Source: an uncultured Frankiales bacterium
GTDB taxonomy: Bacteria; Actinomycetota; Actinomycetes; Mycobacteriales; SCTD01
Direction: 5' to 3'
Length of the DNA: 53,683 nucleotides
NCBI GenBank assembly: GCA_966212015.1
Contig: CBIHPE010000002.1
Coordinates: 1-53,683, forward strand
Position numbers and translations under genes: made by a program. Positions 1 to 9,033 of this stretch are shown here, one piece after another (within the stretch, counting starts at the first letter, position 1; each line of letters starts with the position of its first letter). Below the pieces are notes generated by a model. That model had not been told where the DNA came from. It saw only the letters and a program-made list of their open reading frames with translations, and made no database searches.

Positions 1-310
1 CGTCGTCGGCGACAAGAGCTGGTCGATCGACATGCAGCGCTACAACTTCCAGTTCTCCGCGCAGCGGTTCTACGAGATCAAGAGCGGCCGGATCGTCGGG
101 CAGCTCCGCGACGTCGCGTACCAGGGGGTGACGACCGAGTTCTGGGGCTCGATGGAGGCGGTCGGCGGCCCGTCGACCTACGTGCTCGGCGGCGCCTTCA
201 ACTGCGGCAAGGCCCAGCCCTCTCAGACGGCGGCCGTCTCGCACGGCTGCCCGACGGCGGTGTTCCGAGGGGTCAACGTCCTCAACACGGTGCGGGAGGC
301 CGGGCGATGA
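1..310 (+). CDS. tldD: TldD-type metallopeptidase, C-terminal fragment (5' end lies outside the window)
   Basis: The frame is open from the window edge. The tail ...GGAFNCGKAQPSQTAAVSHGCPTAVFRGVNVLN is typical of TldD C-termini. Its stop overlaps the next start as ATGA at 307-310. Confidence 0.7.
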   Translation, partial: VVGDKSWSIDMQRYNFQFSAQRFYEIKSGRIVGQLRDVAYQGVTTEFWGSMEAVGGPSTYVLGGAFNCGKAQPSQTAAVSHGCPTAVFRGVNVLNTVREAGR

Positions 311-1653
311 GCGCGGTCGTCGAGCAGGTCCTCGCGCTCTCGAAGGCTGACGGCTGCGTCGTCATCCTCACCGAGAGCCACACGGTCGACCTGCGCTGGG
401 CCAACAGCACCCTGACGACCAACGGGTCGCGCCGCGAGCGCGACCTCACCGTCATCAGCGTGATGGGCGAGTCGGTGGGCGTGCGGAGCGCGTCGGTGCT
501 CGACGACCTCGAGGGCTTGGTGCGCGCGTCGGAGGCAGCAGCCGTCGAGGCGGGCCCGGCACCCGACTACACGGCCCTCGTCGACGGCACGGCCGATGCC
601 GCCTGGGGAGACCCTGCCGAGACGACGACGACAGCCGTCTTCGCCTCCCTGGCAAGGGATCTCGGTGCGTCCTTCGACGCAGCAGGCTCTCTGGCGCTGC
701 GGCACTACGGCTACGCCTCGCACGAGGTCGAGACCGTCTGGCTCGGTTCGTCGACCGGGCTGCGCAAGCGGCACGTCCAGCCTCGCGGCTACGTCGAGCT
801 CACGGCCAAGAACGACCGGCCCGGCGGCTCCTCCTGGGTCGGGCAGCACACCACGGACTGGTCGGACGTCGTCGTGCCGTCCCTCGACGCGGAGCTGCAG
901 CGACGGCTCTCCTGGACCCACCGCTGGGTGGATCTCGGGCCCGGCCGCTACGAGACCATCCTGCCGCCCTCCGCGGTCGCGGACCTGATGGTCTACACCT
1001 ACTGGACGGGCTCGGGACGCGACGCCGCTGAGGGCCGCACCGTGTTCTCCAAGCCGGGTGGCGGGACCCGGGTCGGGGAGGCGATCGCCCCCGCCGGCTT
1101 CTCGATGAGCAGCGACCCGACGGTCATGCCGGTCGCCCCCTTTGTCGTCGCGCACGGCTCGTCCAGCTCCTCGTCGGTCTTCGACAACGGGCTGCCGACG
1201 ACCGCGACCGAGTGGATCAACGACGGCCACCTCGAGCACCTCACCCAGACCCGCTCGTCCGCTGCCGCGTCGGGCTCGGACGTCACGCCCCCCATCGGCA
1301 ACCTGGTCGTCGCCGGCAACGGCGAGGCCTCGCTGGACGAGATGGTCGCGCGGACCGAGCGCGGCCTGCTGCTCACCTGCCTCTGGTACATCCGTCCCGT
1401 CGACCCGCAGACCCTGCTCCTCACCGGCCTGACCCGCGACGGCGTCTACCTCGTCGAGGGCGGCGAGGTCACCGGCGCCGTGACGAACTTCCGCTGGAAC
1501 GAGTCGCCCCTGGACCTGCTCGCGCGGACCTCGGAGGTCGGCGCGACGGTGCCCACGCTGCCCCGCGAGTGGAGCGACTACTTCACGTGGACCCGGATGC
1601 CGGCGCTCCGGGTGCCGGACTTCAACATGAGCTCGGTCAGCCAGGCGAGCTGA
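307..1653 (+). CDS. PmbA/TldE-family metallopeptidase partner of TldD
   Basis: 448-aa ORF translationally coupled to the tldD fragment. It shows TldD/PmbA-like composition and a conserved C-terminal region (GLLLTCLWYIR...GLTRDGVYLVEGGEV). Confidence 0.8.
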   Translation: MSAVVEQVLALSKADGCVVILTESHTVDLRWANSTLTTNGSRRERDLTVISVMGESVGVRSASVLDDLEGLVRASEAAAVEAGPAPDYTALVDGTADAAWGDPAETTTTAVFASLARDLGASFDAAGSLALRHYGYASHEVETVWLGSSTGLRKRHVQPRGYVELTAKNDRPGGSSWVGQHTTDWSDVVVPSLDAELQRRLSWTHRWVDLGPGRYETILPPSAVADLMVYTYWTGSGRDAAEGRTVFSKPGGGTRVGEAIAPAGFSMSSDPTVMPVAPFVVAHGSSSSSSVFDNGLPTTATEWINDGHLEHLTQTRSSAAASGSDVTPPIGNLVVAGNGEASLDEMVARTERGLLLTCLWYIRPVDPQTLLLTGLTRDGVYLVEGGEVTGAVTNFRWNESPLDLLARTSEVGATVPTLPREWSDYFTWTRMPALRVPDFNMSSVSQAS

Positions 1654-2062
1654 GCAGCGCCTCACGGCGGGCCCAGGCCCAGCGCAGGAACCACACCGAG
1701 AAGCCGAGGGTCAGCAGGTTGATGCCGAGCTCGATGACGCCGCCGGCGCCGGTGGCGTAGATGCCGTGCTCGAGGTCGTACAGCACGTCCATGCAGAACA
1801 GGTAGACCCCCGCTCCCCCGCCCGTCAGCAGCCAGAACAGGGCGGAGGGGCTGCCCCTCCGGATGTCCCGGACGGCGAGCAGGACGCACACGCCGAGCCA
1901 GGCGTCGGCGAGCGGGAAGGCGTTCTCGAAGTCGTAGTAGGCGGAGGTGTCGTCGCTCTGCACGACCTCCCTTGCCAGGTACCAGAGCGACCAGTACGCC
2001 ACGAGGACGGTGAGAGCGATGACGCCCGCCACGGTGAGCCGCCGGACCTCTTTCGTCGTCAT
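1637..2062 (-). CDS. Small integral membrane protein, function unknown
   Basis: Starts at the ATG encoding MTTKEVRRLT. Four hydrophobic segments are visible. The longer ORF-track N-terminus looks non-coding. Confidence 0.55.
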   Translation of the reverse strand: MTTKEVRRLTVAGVIALTVLVAYWSLWYLAREVVQSDDTSAYYDFENAFPLADAWLGVCVLLAVRDIRRGSPSALFWLLTGGGAGVYLFCMDVLYDLEHGIYATGAGGVIELGINLLTLGFSVWFLRWAWARREALLSSPG

Positions 2063-2196
2063 TCGGGCATCGTGCCAGTAGGGTGGTCCTAGTTGTGGTC
2101 TCTCTCTCGCCCGTTCTCGGACTCGCGCAGTCAGTCGCTCCAGCTGGCAGGACCGCATTCCGTGGTCCCGCGAACACCGTTTGAGAAGGAAAGATC

Positions 2197-2400
2197 ATGG
2201 CCGAAGGCACAGTGAAGTGGTTCAACGCGGAGAAGGGCTTTGGGTTCATCGCCCAGGACGGCGGCGGCGCCGACGTCTTCTGCCACTTCAGCGCGATCTC
2301 GGGTAACGGCTACAAGAGCCTCGAGGAGAACCAGCGCGTCTCGTTCGACATCACCCAGGGCCAGAAGGGCCCGCAGGCGGAGAACGTCACCCCGCTCTAA
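2197..2400 (+). CDS. cspA: Cold-shock protein (CspA family)
   Basis: The 67-aa product carries the RNP motifs KGFGFI and VFCHFS. A GAAGGAAAG Shine-Dalgarno precedes the ATG, and about 130 nt of upstream non-coding leader is present. Confidence 0.97.
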   Translation: MAEGTVKWFNAEKGFGFIAQDGGGADVFCHFSAISGNGYKSLEENQRVSFDITQGQKGPQAENVTPL

Positions 2401-2411
2401 GCGTCACCTCG

Positions 2412-2450
2412 CGAAGGCCTCCTGCTCCGGCAGGGGGCCTTCGTGCTTTC
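2412..2450 (+). terminator. Rho-independent-type terminator after cspA
   Basis: CGAAGGCC-T-CCTGC tccg GCAGG-G-GGCCTTCG forms a stem of about 14 bp with one U.G pair. It is followed by TGCTTTCC. Confidence 0.8.
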
Positions 2451-2458
2451 CTGTGCCG

Positions 2459-2845
2459 GTGACCGATCTCAACGTCCTCGGGGGCGAGCTCGAGCCCTGC
2501 GGCACCGACCCGATGACCGGGTTCTTCCGCGACGGCTGCTGCTCCACCGGACCGGAGGACCTCGGCAGCCACACCGTCTGCGCCGTCGTCACCGAGGAGT
2601 TCCTGCGCCACCAGGTCTCCGTCGGCAACGACCTGGTCACCCCGCGCCCCGAGTACCGCTTCCCCGGTCTGGTGCCCGGCGACCGCTGGTGCGTCGTGGC
2701 GGTGCGCTGGCTCCAGGCCCACGACGACGGAGCGGCGGCTCCGGTCGTGCTCGCGTCCACCCACGCCCGCGCGCTCGACGTCGTCCCCCTCGACCTGCTC
2801 CAGCAGCACGCCGTCGACGTCCCCGACACGATCGACGGCCTCTGA
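2459..2845 (+). CDS. DUF2237-family protein
   Basis: GTG start. The N-terminus NVLGGELEPCGTDPMTGFFRDGCCSTGPEDLGSHTVCA is characteristic of DUF2237. Confidence 0.75.
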   Translation: MTDLNVLGGELEPCGTDPMTGFFRDGCCSTGPEDLGSHTVCAVVTEEFLRHQVSVGNDLVTPRPEYRFPGLVPGDRWCVVAVRWLQAHDDGAAAPVVLASTHARALDVVPLDLLQQHAVDVPDTIDGL

Positions 2846-3041
2846 CCCCGCGTCTGCGCGGTTCCGCGGCGACGATGCGGGTTCCTCAGCGTCCCAACGC
2901 CACCGAGATCACATCGTCCTCGGCGCGGCGACCGGCCAGCGACGCAGAAGCAGCGGAGTGGGCGGTGCTCGAGGCCAGCTGAGCGTGACGGTGACCGGCG
3001 GAGGCTCATCGTGCTGCTCTGGCGTCACAGCGGCGCGTGCT

Positions 3042-3133
3042 CTGACGCAACGGCAACAGCCCTGGGGGCCCACCCCACGCTCCTGTGCGTGGCCAGCCCC
3101 CCGCCCGACCTCAGGCTGTTGCGGTTGCGTCAG
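3042..3133 (-). terminator. Long imperfect hairpin 11 nt after the sirB stop; candidate operon terminator or structured RNA
   Basis: The arms CTGACGCAACGGCAACAGCC (3042-3061) and GGCTGTTGCGGTTGCGTCAG (3114-3133) are complementary at 19 of 20 positions. A nested CCACGC/GCGTGG hairpin lies at 3075-3092. Confidence 0.45.
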
Positions 3134-3144
3134 CCGGAGGGCGG

Positions 3145-3936
3145 TCAGGCGTCGTCGGGGTGGGTGTGCGGGACCTGGGGGGCACCGACGGCGGACTCGC
3201 GGCCGGGGAGGGCGATCCGGTAGAGGCAGGCGTCGCAGTTCATCCGCACGTCGTCGCCGAGAGCCTCGCGATAGCGCTCGACGACGAGGTCGACCAGCTC
3301 CGGGGCGTCGCCGAGCGGCGCCGTGACGAGCCGGTCCCCGGCGGCCTTCGCCGCCTTGGTCGGCAGGTAGCCGGGGCCGAGGAACAGCAGGCTGACGGCG
3401 GCGTCAGGGGCGCGGACGAGCGCCTCCTCGACGGTCGGGCCGGTCGCGGAGACGAAGGCGTAGTCGACGGTCGGGTGCTGCCTCCCCTCCCAGAGCAGCC
3501 GCGCGGTCGCGGCGACGGTGGCGTTGGCGTCCGGGTCGAGCGAGCCGCCGGCGACGAGCAGCACGGGACGGTCGCCGGCGCCGGCCTCGACGAGCCTCCG
3601 CTCGAGGACCTCGACCACCTTCGGGTGGGCACCGAACGGGCGCCCGTAGTGCAGCCGCATGCGGGGGTGGTCGCGCCGGGCCTGCTGCACGGACGCGGCG
3701 ACGTCGGTCTTGCTGTGGCCGGCTGCGTTGAGCAGCAGCGGGAGGACGACCACGTCGTCGTGGCCGGCGGCCGCCAGGCCCTCGAGGGCCAGGGCGATCG
3801 ACGGGCTCGCGTTGTCGACGTACGCAGGGAGCGCGAGCACTCCGAGCCGCTCACCGGCGGCGTCGAGCAGCGTCCGGACGACCGCCTGGGCAGCCTCGTC
3901 CCGGGAGCCGTGCGCGACGCCGAGCAGGACGGTCAT
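3145..3936 (-). CDS. sirB: Sirohydrochlorin ferrochelatase (CbiX/SirB type)
   Basis: The product has two CbiX-like halves (LLGVAHGSRD..., LLVAGGSLDPDAN...). It is the last gene of the sulfur-assimilation unit. Confidence 0.82.
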   Translation of the reverse strand: MTVLLGVAHGSRDEAAQAVVRTLLDAAGERLGVLALPAYVDNASPSIALALEGLAAAGHDDVVVLPLLLNAAGHSKTDVAASVQQARRDHPRMRLHYGRPFGAHPKVVEVLERRLVEAGAGDRPVLLVAGGSLDPDANATVAATARLLWEGRQHPTVDYAFVSATGPTVEEALVRAPDAAVSLLFLGPGYLPTKAAKAAGDRLVTAPLGDAPELVDLVVERYREALGDDVRMNCDACLYRIALPGRESAVGAPQVPHTHPDDA

Positions 3937-3956
3937 GCGCGCGAGCCTAGGAGGCC

Positions 3957-4814
3957 TCAGTGCGTGAGCAGGCCGCGCCGGCGCAGGACGGTGCGCTCGA
4001 GGGGGCTGAAGAACAGCAGGTCGACCGCGATGCCGACCACGAGGATCACGAAGATGCCCACGAGGATGCCGGGGAAGTTGACCGTGTCCCGGGCGTTCTC
4101 GATGAACTGACCGAGCCCGACGCTGCCGCTGCTCGCGATCAGCTCGGCCGCCATCAGGGAGCGCCACGAGAAGGCCCAGCCCTGCTTCAGCCCGCTGAGG
4201 TAGCCCGGGAGGGCCGCCGGCAGCAGCACGTGGCGGGCCAGGGTGAGGCCACGCGCGCCGAGCACGTGACCGACCCGGAGGTACAGCGGCGGGACCTGGT
4301 CGATGCCGCTGATCGTGCCGTTGACGATCGATGGGATCGCGCCCATGAGGACGACGAAGAACAGCGTCTTCGCCGACAACCCGAACCACAGGATGCCCGC
4401 GGGCACCCACACCACGGACGGCAGCGACTGCAGGCCCGTGATGATCGGGCGGAAGGCGCGGCGCAGCAGCGACACGCGAGCGAGCAGGACACCCACGGGA
4501 GTCGCGACGGCAGCGGAGATCAGGAAGCCGAGGACACCGTGCTTGAGGCTGTTCTTGATCGCCTCCTGCACGTTGCCGGCGCCCCACTGCGCCTTCAGCT
4601 CGTCGCCGACCGCGGACGGGCTGGGCAGGTTGCTCGGGTGCTGCGTCGACACGACCAGCTGCCAGATCGCGAGGATCAGCAGCAGGGCGAAGACCGGCGG
4701 CAGGCCGGATGAGAGGGCGCGCTTCCACCAGGGAGAGCGGGCCTCCTCGGGGCCGAGCTCGAGGGCATCGAGACCCGCCTCGAGGTCGCGGTTGGTGTCT
4801 GCTGCGGTGGTCAC
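3957..4814 (-). CDS. ABC transporter permease (NitT/TauT = SsuC/TauC-like family)
   Basis: GTG start overlaps the ATPase stop as GTGA. About six TM segments and an EAA-like loop region are visible. Confidence 0.88.
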   Translation of the reverse strand: MTTAADTNRDLEAGLDALELGPEEARSPWWKRALSSGLPPVFALLLILAIWQLVVSTQHPSNLPSPSAVGDELKAQWGAGNVQEAIKNSLKHGVLGFLISAAVATPVGVLLARVSLLRRAFRPIITGLQSLPSVVWVPAGILWFGLSAKTLFFVVLMGAIPSIVNGTISGIDQVPPLYLRVGHVLGARGLTLARHVLLPAALPGYLSGLKQGWAFSWRSLMAAELIASSGSVGLGQFIENARDTVNFPGILVGIFVILVVGIAVDLLFFSPLERTVLRRRGLLTH

Positions 4815-5614
4815 GAGCTGGCCTTCTGCGCGTGCCGGCGGATCTCGGCGCGCAGGTGCTCGGTGATCTCGACCGACATCGCGGCGACCTCGGGCGACTC
4901 GATGCGGCGGGGCTGAGCGATGTCGACCGTGAACTCGTTGGCCACCCGACCGGGGCGCGACGACAGCAGGATCACGCGGTCGCCGAGGCGGACGGCCTCG
5001 CGGACGTTGTGCGTCACGAACAGCACGGTCGCGCCGACCTCGGTGCGGATGCGGGTCAGCTCGTCGTGCAGGACGTCCCGGGTGATGGCGTCGAGCGCGG
5101 CGAACGGCTCGTCCATGAGCAGGACCTTGGAGTCCTGCGCGAGCGCCCTCGCCATCGCGACGCGCTGGCGCATGCCACCTGAGAGCTCGTGGGGACGCTT
5201 CTGGCCGGCACCCTCGAGCCGGACGAGAGCCAGCAGCCGCTTGCCCTCCTCCCTGCGCTCGGCCTTGCCGACGCCGCGCAGCTTGAGCGCGAGCTCGACG
5301 TTCTCGCTGGCGGTGAGCCACGGGTAGAGCGCCGGCTCCTGGAACATCAGCGAGGGCCGGTGGCCGGGCACCTCGACGGTGCCCGCGGTCGGCTGCTCCA
5401 GCCCAGCCACCAGGTTGAGCAGCGTCGACTTGCCGCAACCGCTCGCGCCGAGGATGCACAGGAACTCCCCCGGCGCCACGGTGAGGCTGATGTCGTCGAG
5501 GATCAGCGGCCCGCGACCGAACCGCTTGGTGATGCCGTCGACCACGACAGCCGCATCCGTCATCTCAGGAGTATCAGGGATGCGATGGCGCCGGAGGGAG
5601 TCCAGGACGGTCAT
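4811..5614 (-). CDS. ABC transporter ATP-binding protein (NitT/TauT family)
   Basis: Walker A GASGCGKST, signature LSGGMRQRV and Walker B VLLMDEPF are all present. Confidence 0.93.
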   Translation of the reverse strand: MTVLDSLRRHRIPDTPEMTDAAVVVDGITKRFGRGPLILDDISLTVAPGEFLCILGASGCGKSTLLNLVAGLEQPTAGTVEVPGHRPSLMFQEPALYPWLTASENVELALKLRGVGKAERREEGKRLLALVRLEGAGQKRPHELSGGMRQRVAMARALAQDSKVLLMDEPFAALDAITRDVLHDELTRIRTEVGATVLFVTHNVREAVRLGDRVILLSSRPGRVANEFTVDIAQPRRIESPEVAAMSVEITEHLRAEIRRHAQKASS

Positions 5615-5663
5615 GCGGGGTCCCCGCCGCGGCGTGAGCGGAGCGAGCGGCGTGGTGGGGTGC

Positions 5664-6707
5664 TCATGACACTCCGAGCCCCGCGTCGGCGACCTCGGGC
5701 TTGCCAGCGGCCGTGAGCAGCTTGTTCAGGATGCTCAGGTCGTAGATGCCCTTGAGGTCGGCCTGCTTGCTCACGCCGATCTCGACGCCGTGCGCCAGGT
5801 CGGTCTTGAGCGAGCTGGCGATCGGGTCGACCGTCGGGGTCAGGGCCTCGAACGAGGACGCGAGCACGTTGTCCTTGAGCGCCTTGCCGCTGAGCGCCTT
5901 GATGGCGTCGTTGACGGCGGCCTGGACGTCGGCGCTCTTGGACGCGACCTTGTCGTTGGCCTCGAGCAGGCCCTTGAGCAGGTTCTCGACCGTCGCGGGG
6001 TACTTCTTCAGGAACGTCTGGGTGACGACGAGCTGGGTCGTGACGAACTTGCCGTCCGGCCAGAGGGTGGCCTCGTCGACGAGCTTGTGGCCGCCGTCGT
6101 TCAGCACCAGGCGCGACGCGTAGGGCTCCGGAACCCACGCCGCCACGATCGACTTGCCGGTGAAGGCAGCCTCGACGTCGGCGTTGGCCACGGGGATGAC
6201 GTTGGCCTTCACGCCCTTGTCCTTGAAGAAGTACTTCGCCGCCACGTCCTGGGTGTTGCCGACCTGAGGCGTCGCTACCTTCTTGCCGTCCAGCTGCTTC
6301 ACGTCGGTGATGTCCGGCTGGACGATCAGCGAGGCGCCGCCGCTCGTGGTGCCGGCGACGATGCGCAGCAGCGACCCCTGCGTCTTCGTGAAGCCGTTGA
6401 TGGCCGGGTTCGGGCCGACGAACGCAGCGTCGAGCGCGCCGCCCTGCAGTGCCTCGATGGCCGCTGGACCGGCGTTGAAGGTCTTGGTCGACAGCTTGGT
6501 GCTGCCGAGGTCCTTCTGGAAGATGCCGCTGGAGACGCCGTAGATGGCGGTGGCGTGCGTGATGTTCGGGAAGTAGCCGAGGCGCAGCTCCGAAGCCGAG
6601 CCGTCCTTGTTGGCCTTGGGTGTCGAGCTGCCGCCGCTGCACGCCGCAGCGCCCAGCACGAGCGCGCCAGCGGCGAGGACTGCGGCAGATCTCTTGATGA
6701 ATCCCAC
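5664..6707 (-). CDS. ABC transporter substrate-binding lipoprotein (NMT1/SsuA-like)
   Basis: GTG start gives the signal peptide VGFIKRSAAVLAAGALVLGAAAC with a lipobox. The upstream Val codons in the ORF-track frame are GTC and so cannot be starts. The mature part begins LRLGYFPNITHA. Confidence 0.82.
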   Translation of the reverse strand: MGFIKRSAAVLAAGALVLGAAACSGGSSTPKANKDGSASELRLGYFPNITHATAIYGVSSGIFQKDLGSTKLSTKTFNAGPAAIEALQGGALDAAFVGPNPAINGFTKTQGSLLRIVAGTTSGGASLIVQPDITDVKQLDGKKVATPQVGNTQDVAAKYFFKDKGVKANVIPVANADVEAAFTGKSIVAAWVPEPYASRLVLNDGGHKLVDEATLWPDGKFVTTQLVVTQTFLKKYPATVENLLKGLLEANDKVASKSADVQAAVNDAIKALSGKALKDNVLASSFEALTPTVDPIASSLKTDLAHGVEIGVSKQADLKGIYDLSILNKLLTAAGKPEVADAGLGVS

Positions 6708-6730
6708 TGGAAAACTAGCCTTTCGGGTGA

Positions 6731-6741
6731 CACGTCGACGT
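6731..6741. promoter_or_regulatory. CACGTCGAC core within the ACGTCGACGT palindrome, 24-34 nt upstream of the SBP start
   Basis: Read directly from the sequence. The same 9-mer core recurs twice in the cysC/sirA intergenic region. Confidence 0.35.
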
Positions 6742-6864
6742 CCGACGCGTGAAGAAGAAGAGGGGTCGGTCAGGCGGCTACTGCGCCGCGAGACATCGCG
6801 CCCCGGGACGGCATGAGTCCACGCACCAGCCCACCCAGGGCGTGCGGGTCCAGCCGTGCATCTT

Positions 6865-8127
6865 CTAGTTACCCCCGAGGATGCTGCCGACCATGCCGGC
6901 AGCGACAGTGGCACCGGTTGCCTCGTCGATCAGCACGAAAGCCCCAGTGGTCCGGTCGACATTGTAGTCATCGACGAAGACCGGTGACGATGTGCGGATC
7001 GTCACACGTCCGATGTCGTTGAGGCCGAGCTGTGCCGCCTCGCCCGACTCGAGGTTCGTGACGTCCAGCGTCCCGTTCAGCGAGGACACGATCGCCTTGA
7101 CAGTGCGGGTGGTGTGCTTCATCAGCAGCCGGCGGCCGGGCACGAGCGGAGCGTCAGCCATCCAGCAGATGGTGGCTTCGAGCTCCTGGACCGACCGGGG
7201 AGCGTCGTCCGCCGCCGCGATCATGTCGCCCCGGGAGACGTCGACCTCGTCGGCGAGCCGCACCGTGATCGCCTGCCGCGCCACGGCGACCTCGAGCGGC
7301 CCGTCCGCGGTCTCGACCGCCGAGACGGTCGTACGACGTCCGCTGGGCAGCACGACGACCTCGTCACCCGCCTTGAGGGTGCCGGTGGACAGCGTGCCGG
7401 CGTAGCCGCGGTAGTCCGGGAGCTCCACGCTCATCGGACGGATGACGAACTGCACGGGGAAGCGCGCGCCGAGGGTGCCGATGTGGTCGGTGTCGACCTC
7501 TACGGTCTCCAGGAAGTCCAGCAGCGCCGGGCCGTCGTACCAGGGCGTGTTGTCGCTCTTGTTGACGATGTTGTCGCCCTGCAGCGCGGCCATCGGGATG
7601 GCGACGACGTGGGGCAGGTGCAGCTTGGAGGCGAAGTCGCGGAAGTCCTTCACGATCCCGTCGAACACGGCCTGGTCGAAGTCGACGAGGTCCATCTTGT
7701 TGACCGCGAGCACGACGTGCGGGACGCGGAGCAGCGCGGACAGCGACGCGTGCCGGCGGGTCTGCTCGATGACGCCCTTGCGCGCGTCGACGAGGACCAG
7801 GGCCACGTCGGCCGTCGAGGCGCCGGTGACCATGTTGCGGGTGTACTGCACGTGCCCGGGGGTGTCCGCGACGATGAACGTGCGGTTGGGCGTCGCGAAG
7901 TAGCGGTAGGCCACGTCGATCGTGATGCCCTGCTCGCGCTCGGCCCGCAGGCCGTCCGTGAGCAGCGCCAGGTTGGTGTAGTCGTCGCCACGGTCGGCGG
8001 ACGTCTTCTCGACGGCCTCCAGCTGGTCGGCGAAGACGCTCTTGCTGTCGTAGAGCAGCCGGCCGATGAGGGTCGACTTGCCGTCGTCGACGGAGCCAGC
8101 GGTGGCGAAGCGCAGCAGGCCGCTCAT
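6865..8127 (-). CDS. cysN: Sulfate adenylyltransferase subunit 1 (GTPase)
   Basis: G-domain motifs GSVDDGKST, DTPGH and NKMD are present, with strong CysN-like sequence throughout. Confidence 0.95.
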   Translation of the reverse strand: MSGLLRFATAGSVDDGKSTLIGRLLYDSKSVFADQLEAVEKTSADRGDDYTNLALLTDGLRAEREQGITIDVAYRYFATPNRTFIVADTPGHVQYTRNMVTGASTADVALVLVDARKGVIEQTRRHASLSALLRVPHVVLAVNKMDLVDFDQAVFDGIVKDFRDFASKLHLPHVVAIPMAALQGDNIVNKSDNTPWYDGPALLDFLETVEVDTDHIGTLGARFPVQFVIRPMSVELPDYRGYAGTLSTGTLKAGDEVVVLPSGRRTTVSAVETADGPLEVAVARQAITVRLADEVDVSRGDMIAAADDAPRSVQELEATICWMADAPLVPGRRLLMKHTTRTVKAIVSSLNGTLDVTNLESGEAAQLGLNDIGRVTIRTSSPVFVDDYNVDRTTGAFVLIDEATGATVAAGMVGSILGGN

Positions 8128-9033
8128 CTAGAAGTACCCCTCCTTCTTGCGGTCTTCCATGGCGGCCTCGCTCTGCCGGTCGTCGGCCCGCGTCGCGCCA
8201 CGCTCCGTCAGGCGCGTGACCGCGACCTCCTCGAGGACCTCCTCCGGGGTCGCCGCCGGGCTCGCCACGGCACCCGTGCAGGACGCGTCGCCGACGGTGC
8301 GGTAGCGGACGGTCCGGGTCGTGACCGTCTCCCCCGGCCTCGGCTGCGACACCGGCGTCACCCCGAGGAGCATGCCGTCGCGCTCGAAGACCTCGCGCTC
8401 GTGGGCGTAGTAGATCGAAGGGATCGCGATCTTCTCCCGGACGATGTAGCGCCAGATGTCGAGCTCAGTCCAGTTCGACAGCGGGAAGACCCGGATGTGC
8501 TCGCCCGGGTTGTGCTTGCCGTTGTAGAGGTTCCAGAGCTCGGGGCGCTGGTTCTTCGGGTCCCACTGGCCGAAGGCGTCCCGGAAGCTGAAGAAGCGCT
8601 CCTTCGCGCGCGCCTTCTCCTCGTCGCGGCGCGCGCCGCCGAAGACCGCGTCGAAGCGGTTCTCCTCGATGGTGCGCAGCAGCGTGACGGTCTGCAGGGG
8701 GTTGCGCAGACCACCGGGGATCTCGGTCACGCGACCGGAGTCGATGTCGTCCTGGACCAGGCCGACGACCAGGCGGGCGCCGAGGTCCTCGACGCGCCAG
8801 TCGCGGAAGGCCAGCACCTCGTCGAAGTTGTGACCCGTGTCGACGTGCACGAGGGGGAACGGGATCTTGCCCGGCCAGAACGCCTTCTCCGCCAGCTTGA
8901 GCATGACGATCGAGTCCTTGCCGCCGCTGAACAGCAGCGCGGGGCGCTCGAACTCGGCAGCGACCTCGCGCATCACGTGGATGCCCTCGGCCTCGAGCAG
9001 GTCGAGCTGGGAGAGCTCGGTGGCGGCGCTCAT
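8128..9033 (-). CDS. cysD: Sulfate adenylyltransferase subunit 2
   Basis: Starts at MSAATEL. PAPS-reductase-fold motif SGGKDS is present, and the C-terminus ...EDRKKEGYF is typical of CysD. The stop abuts the cysN ATG as TAGATG. Confidence 0.95.
   Translation of the reverse strand: MSAATELSQLDLLEAEGIHVMREVAAEFERPALLFSGGKDSIVMLKLAEKAFWPGKIPFPLVHVDTGHNFDEVLAFRDWRVEDLGARLVVGLVQDDIDSGRVTEIPGGLRNPLQTVTLLRTIEENRFDAVFGGARRDEEKARAKERFFSFRDAFGQWDPKNQRPELWNLYNGKHNPGEHIRVFPLSNWTELDIWRYIVREKIAIPSIYYAHEREVFERDGMLLGVTPVSQPRPGETVTTRTVRYRTVGDASCTGAVASPAATPEEVLEEVAVTRLTERGATRADDRQSEAAMEDRKKEGYF

Noticed and set aside
223-1665. Many very long ORFs lie antisense to or out of frame with the called genes. Examples are 223-1665 (-), 7114-9057 (+), 9697-11679 (-), 14052-15896 (-), 23283-26165 (-), 27073-28899 (-), 37064-39184 (+), 37422-39212 (-), 43643-45292 (+) and 45512-47383 (+).
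   Set aside because: Their translations are Arg/Pro/Gly/Ala-rich and low in complexity, with no recognisable motifs. They mirror genes that have clear family signatures and strong third-position GC bias. This is the typical stop-codon-poor off-frame artefact of a high-GC genome.
2875-2982. 35-aa ORF (MRVPQRPNATEITSS...) in the 300-nt gap after the DUF2237 gene.
   Set aside because: It has no Shine-Dalgarno, only moderate third-position GC bias, low-complexity sequence and no motif.
3062-3113. The C-rich interior of the 3042-3133 hairpin as a possible 6C-type small RNA.
   Set aside because: The architecture has one nested hairpin and C-runs partly in stems. As I recall it, the 6C family has two hairpins with C-rich loops, so this does not fit. 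It is left as an unclassified structure.
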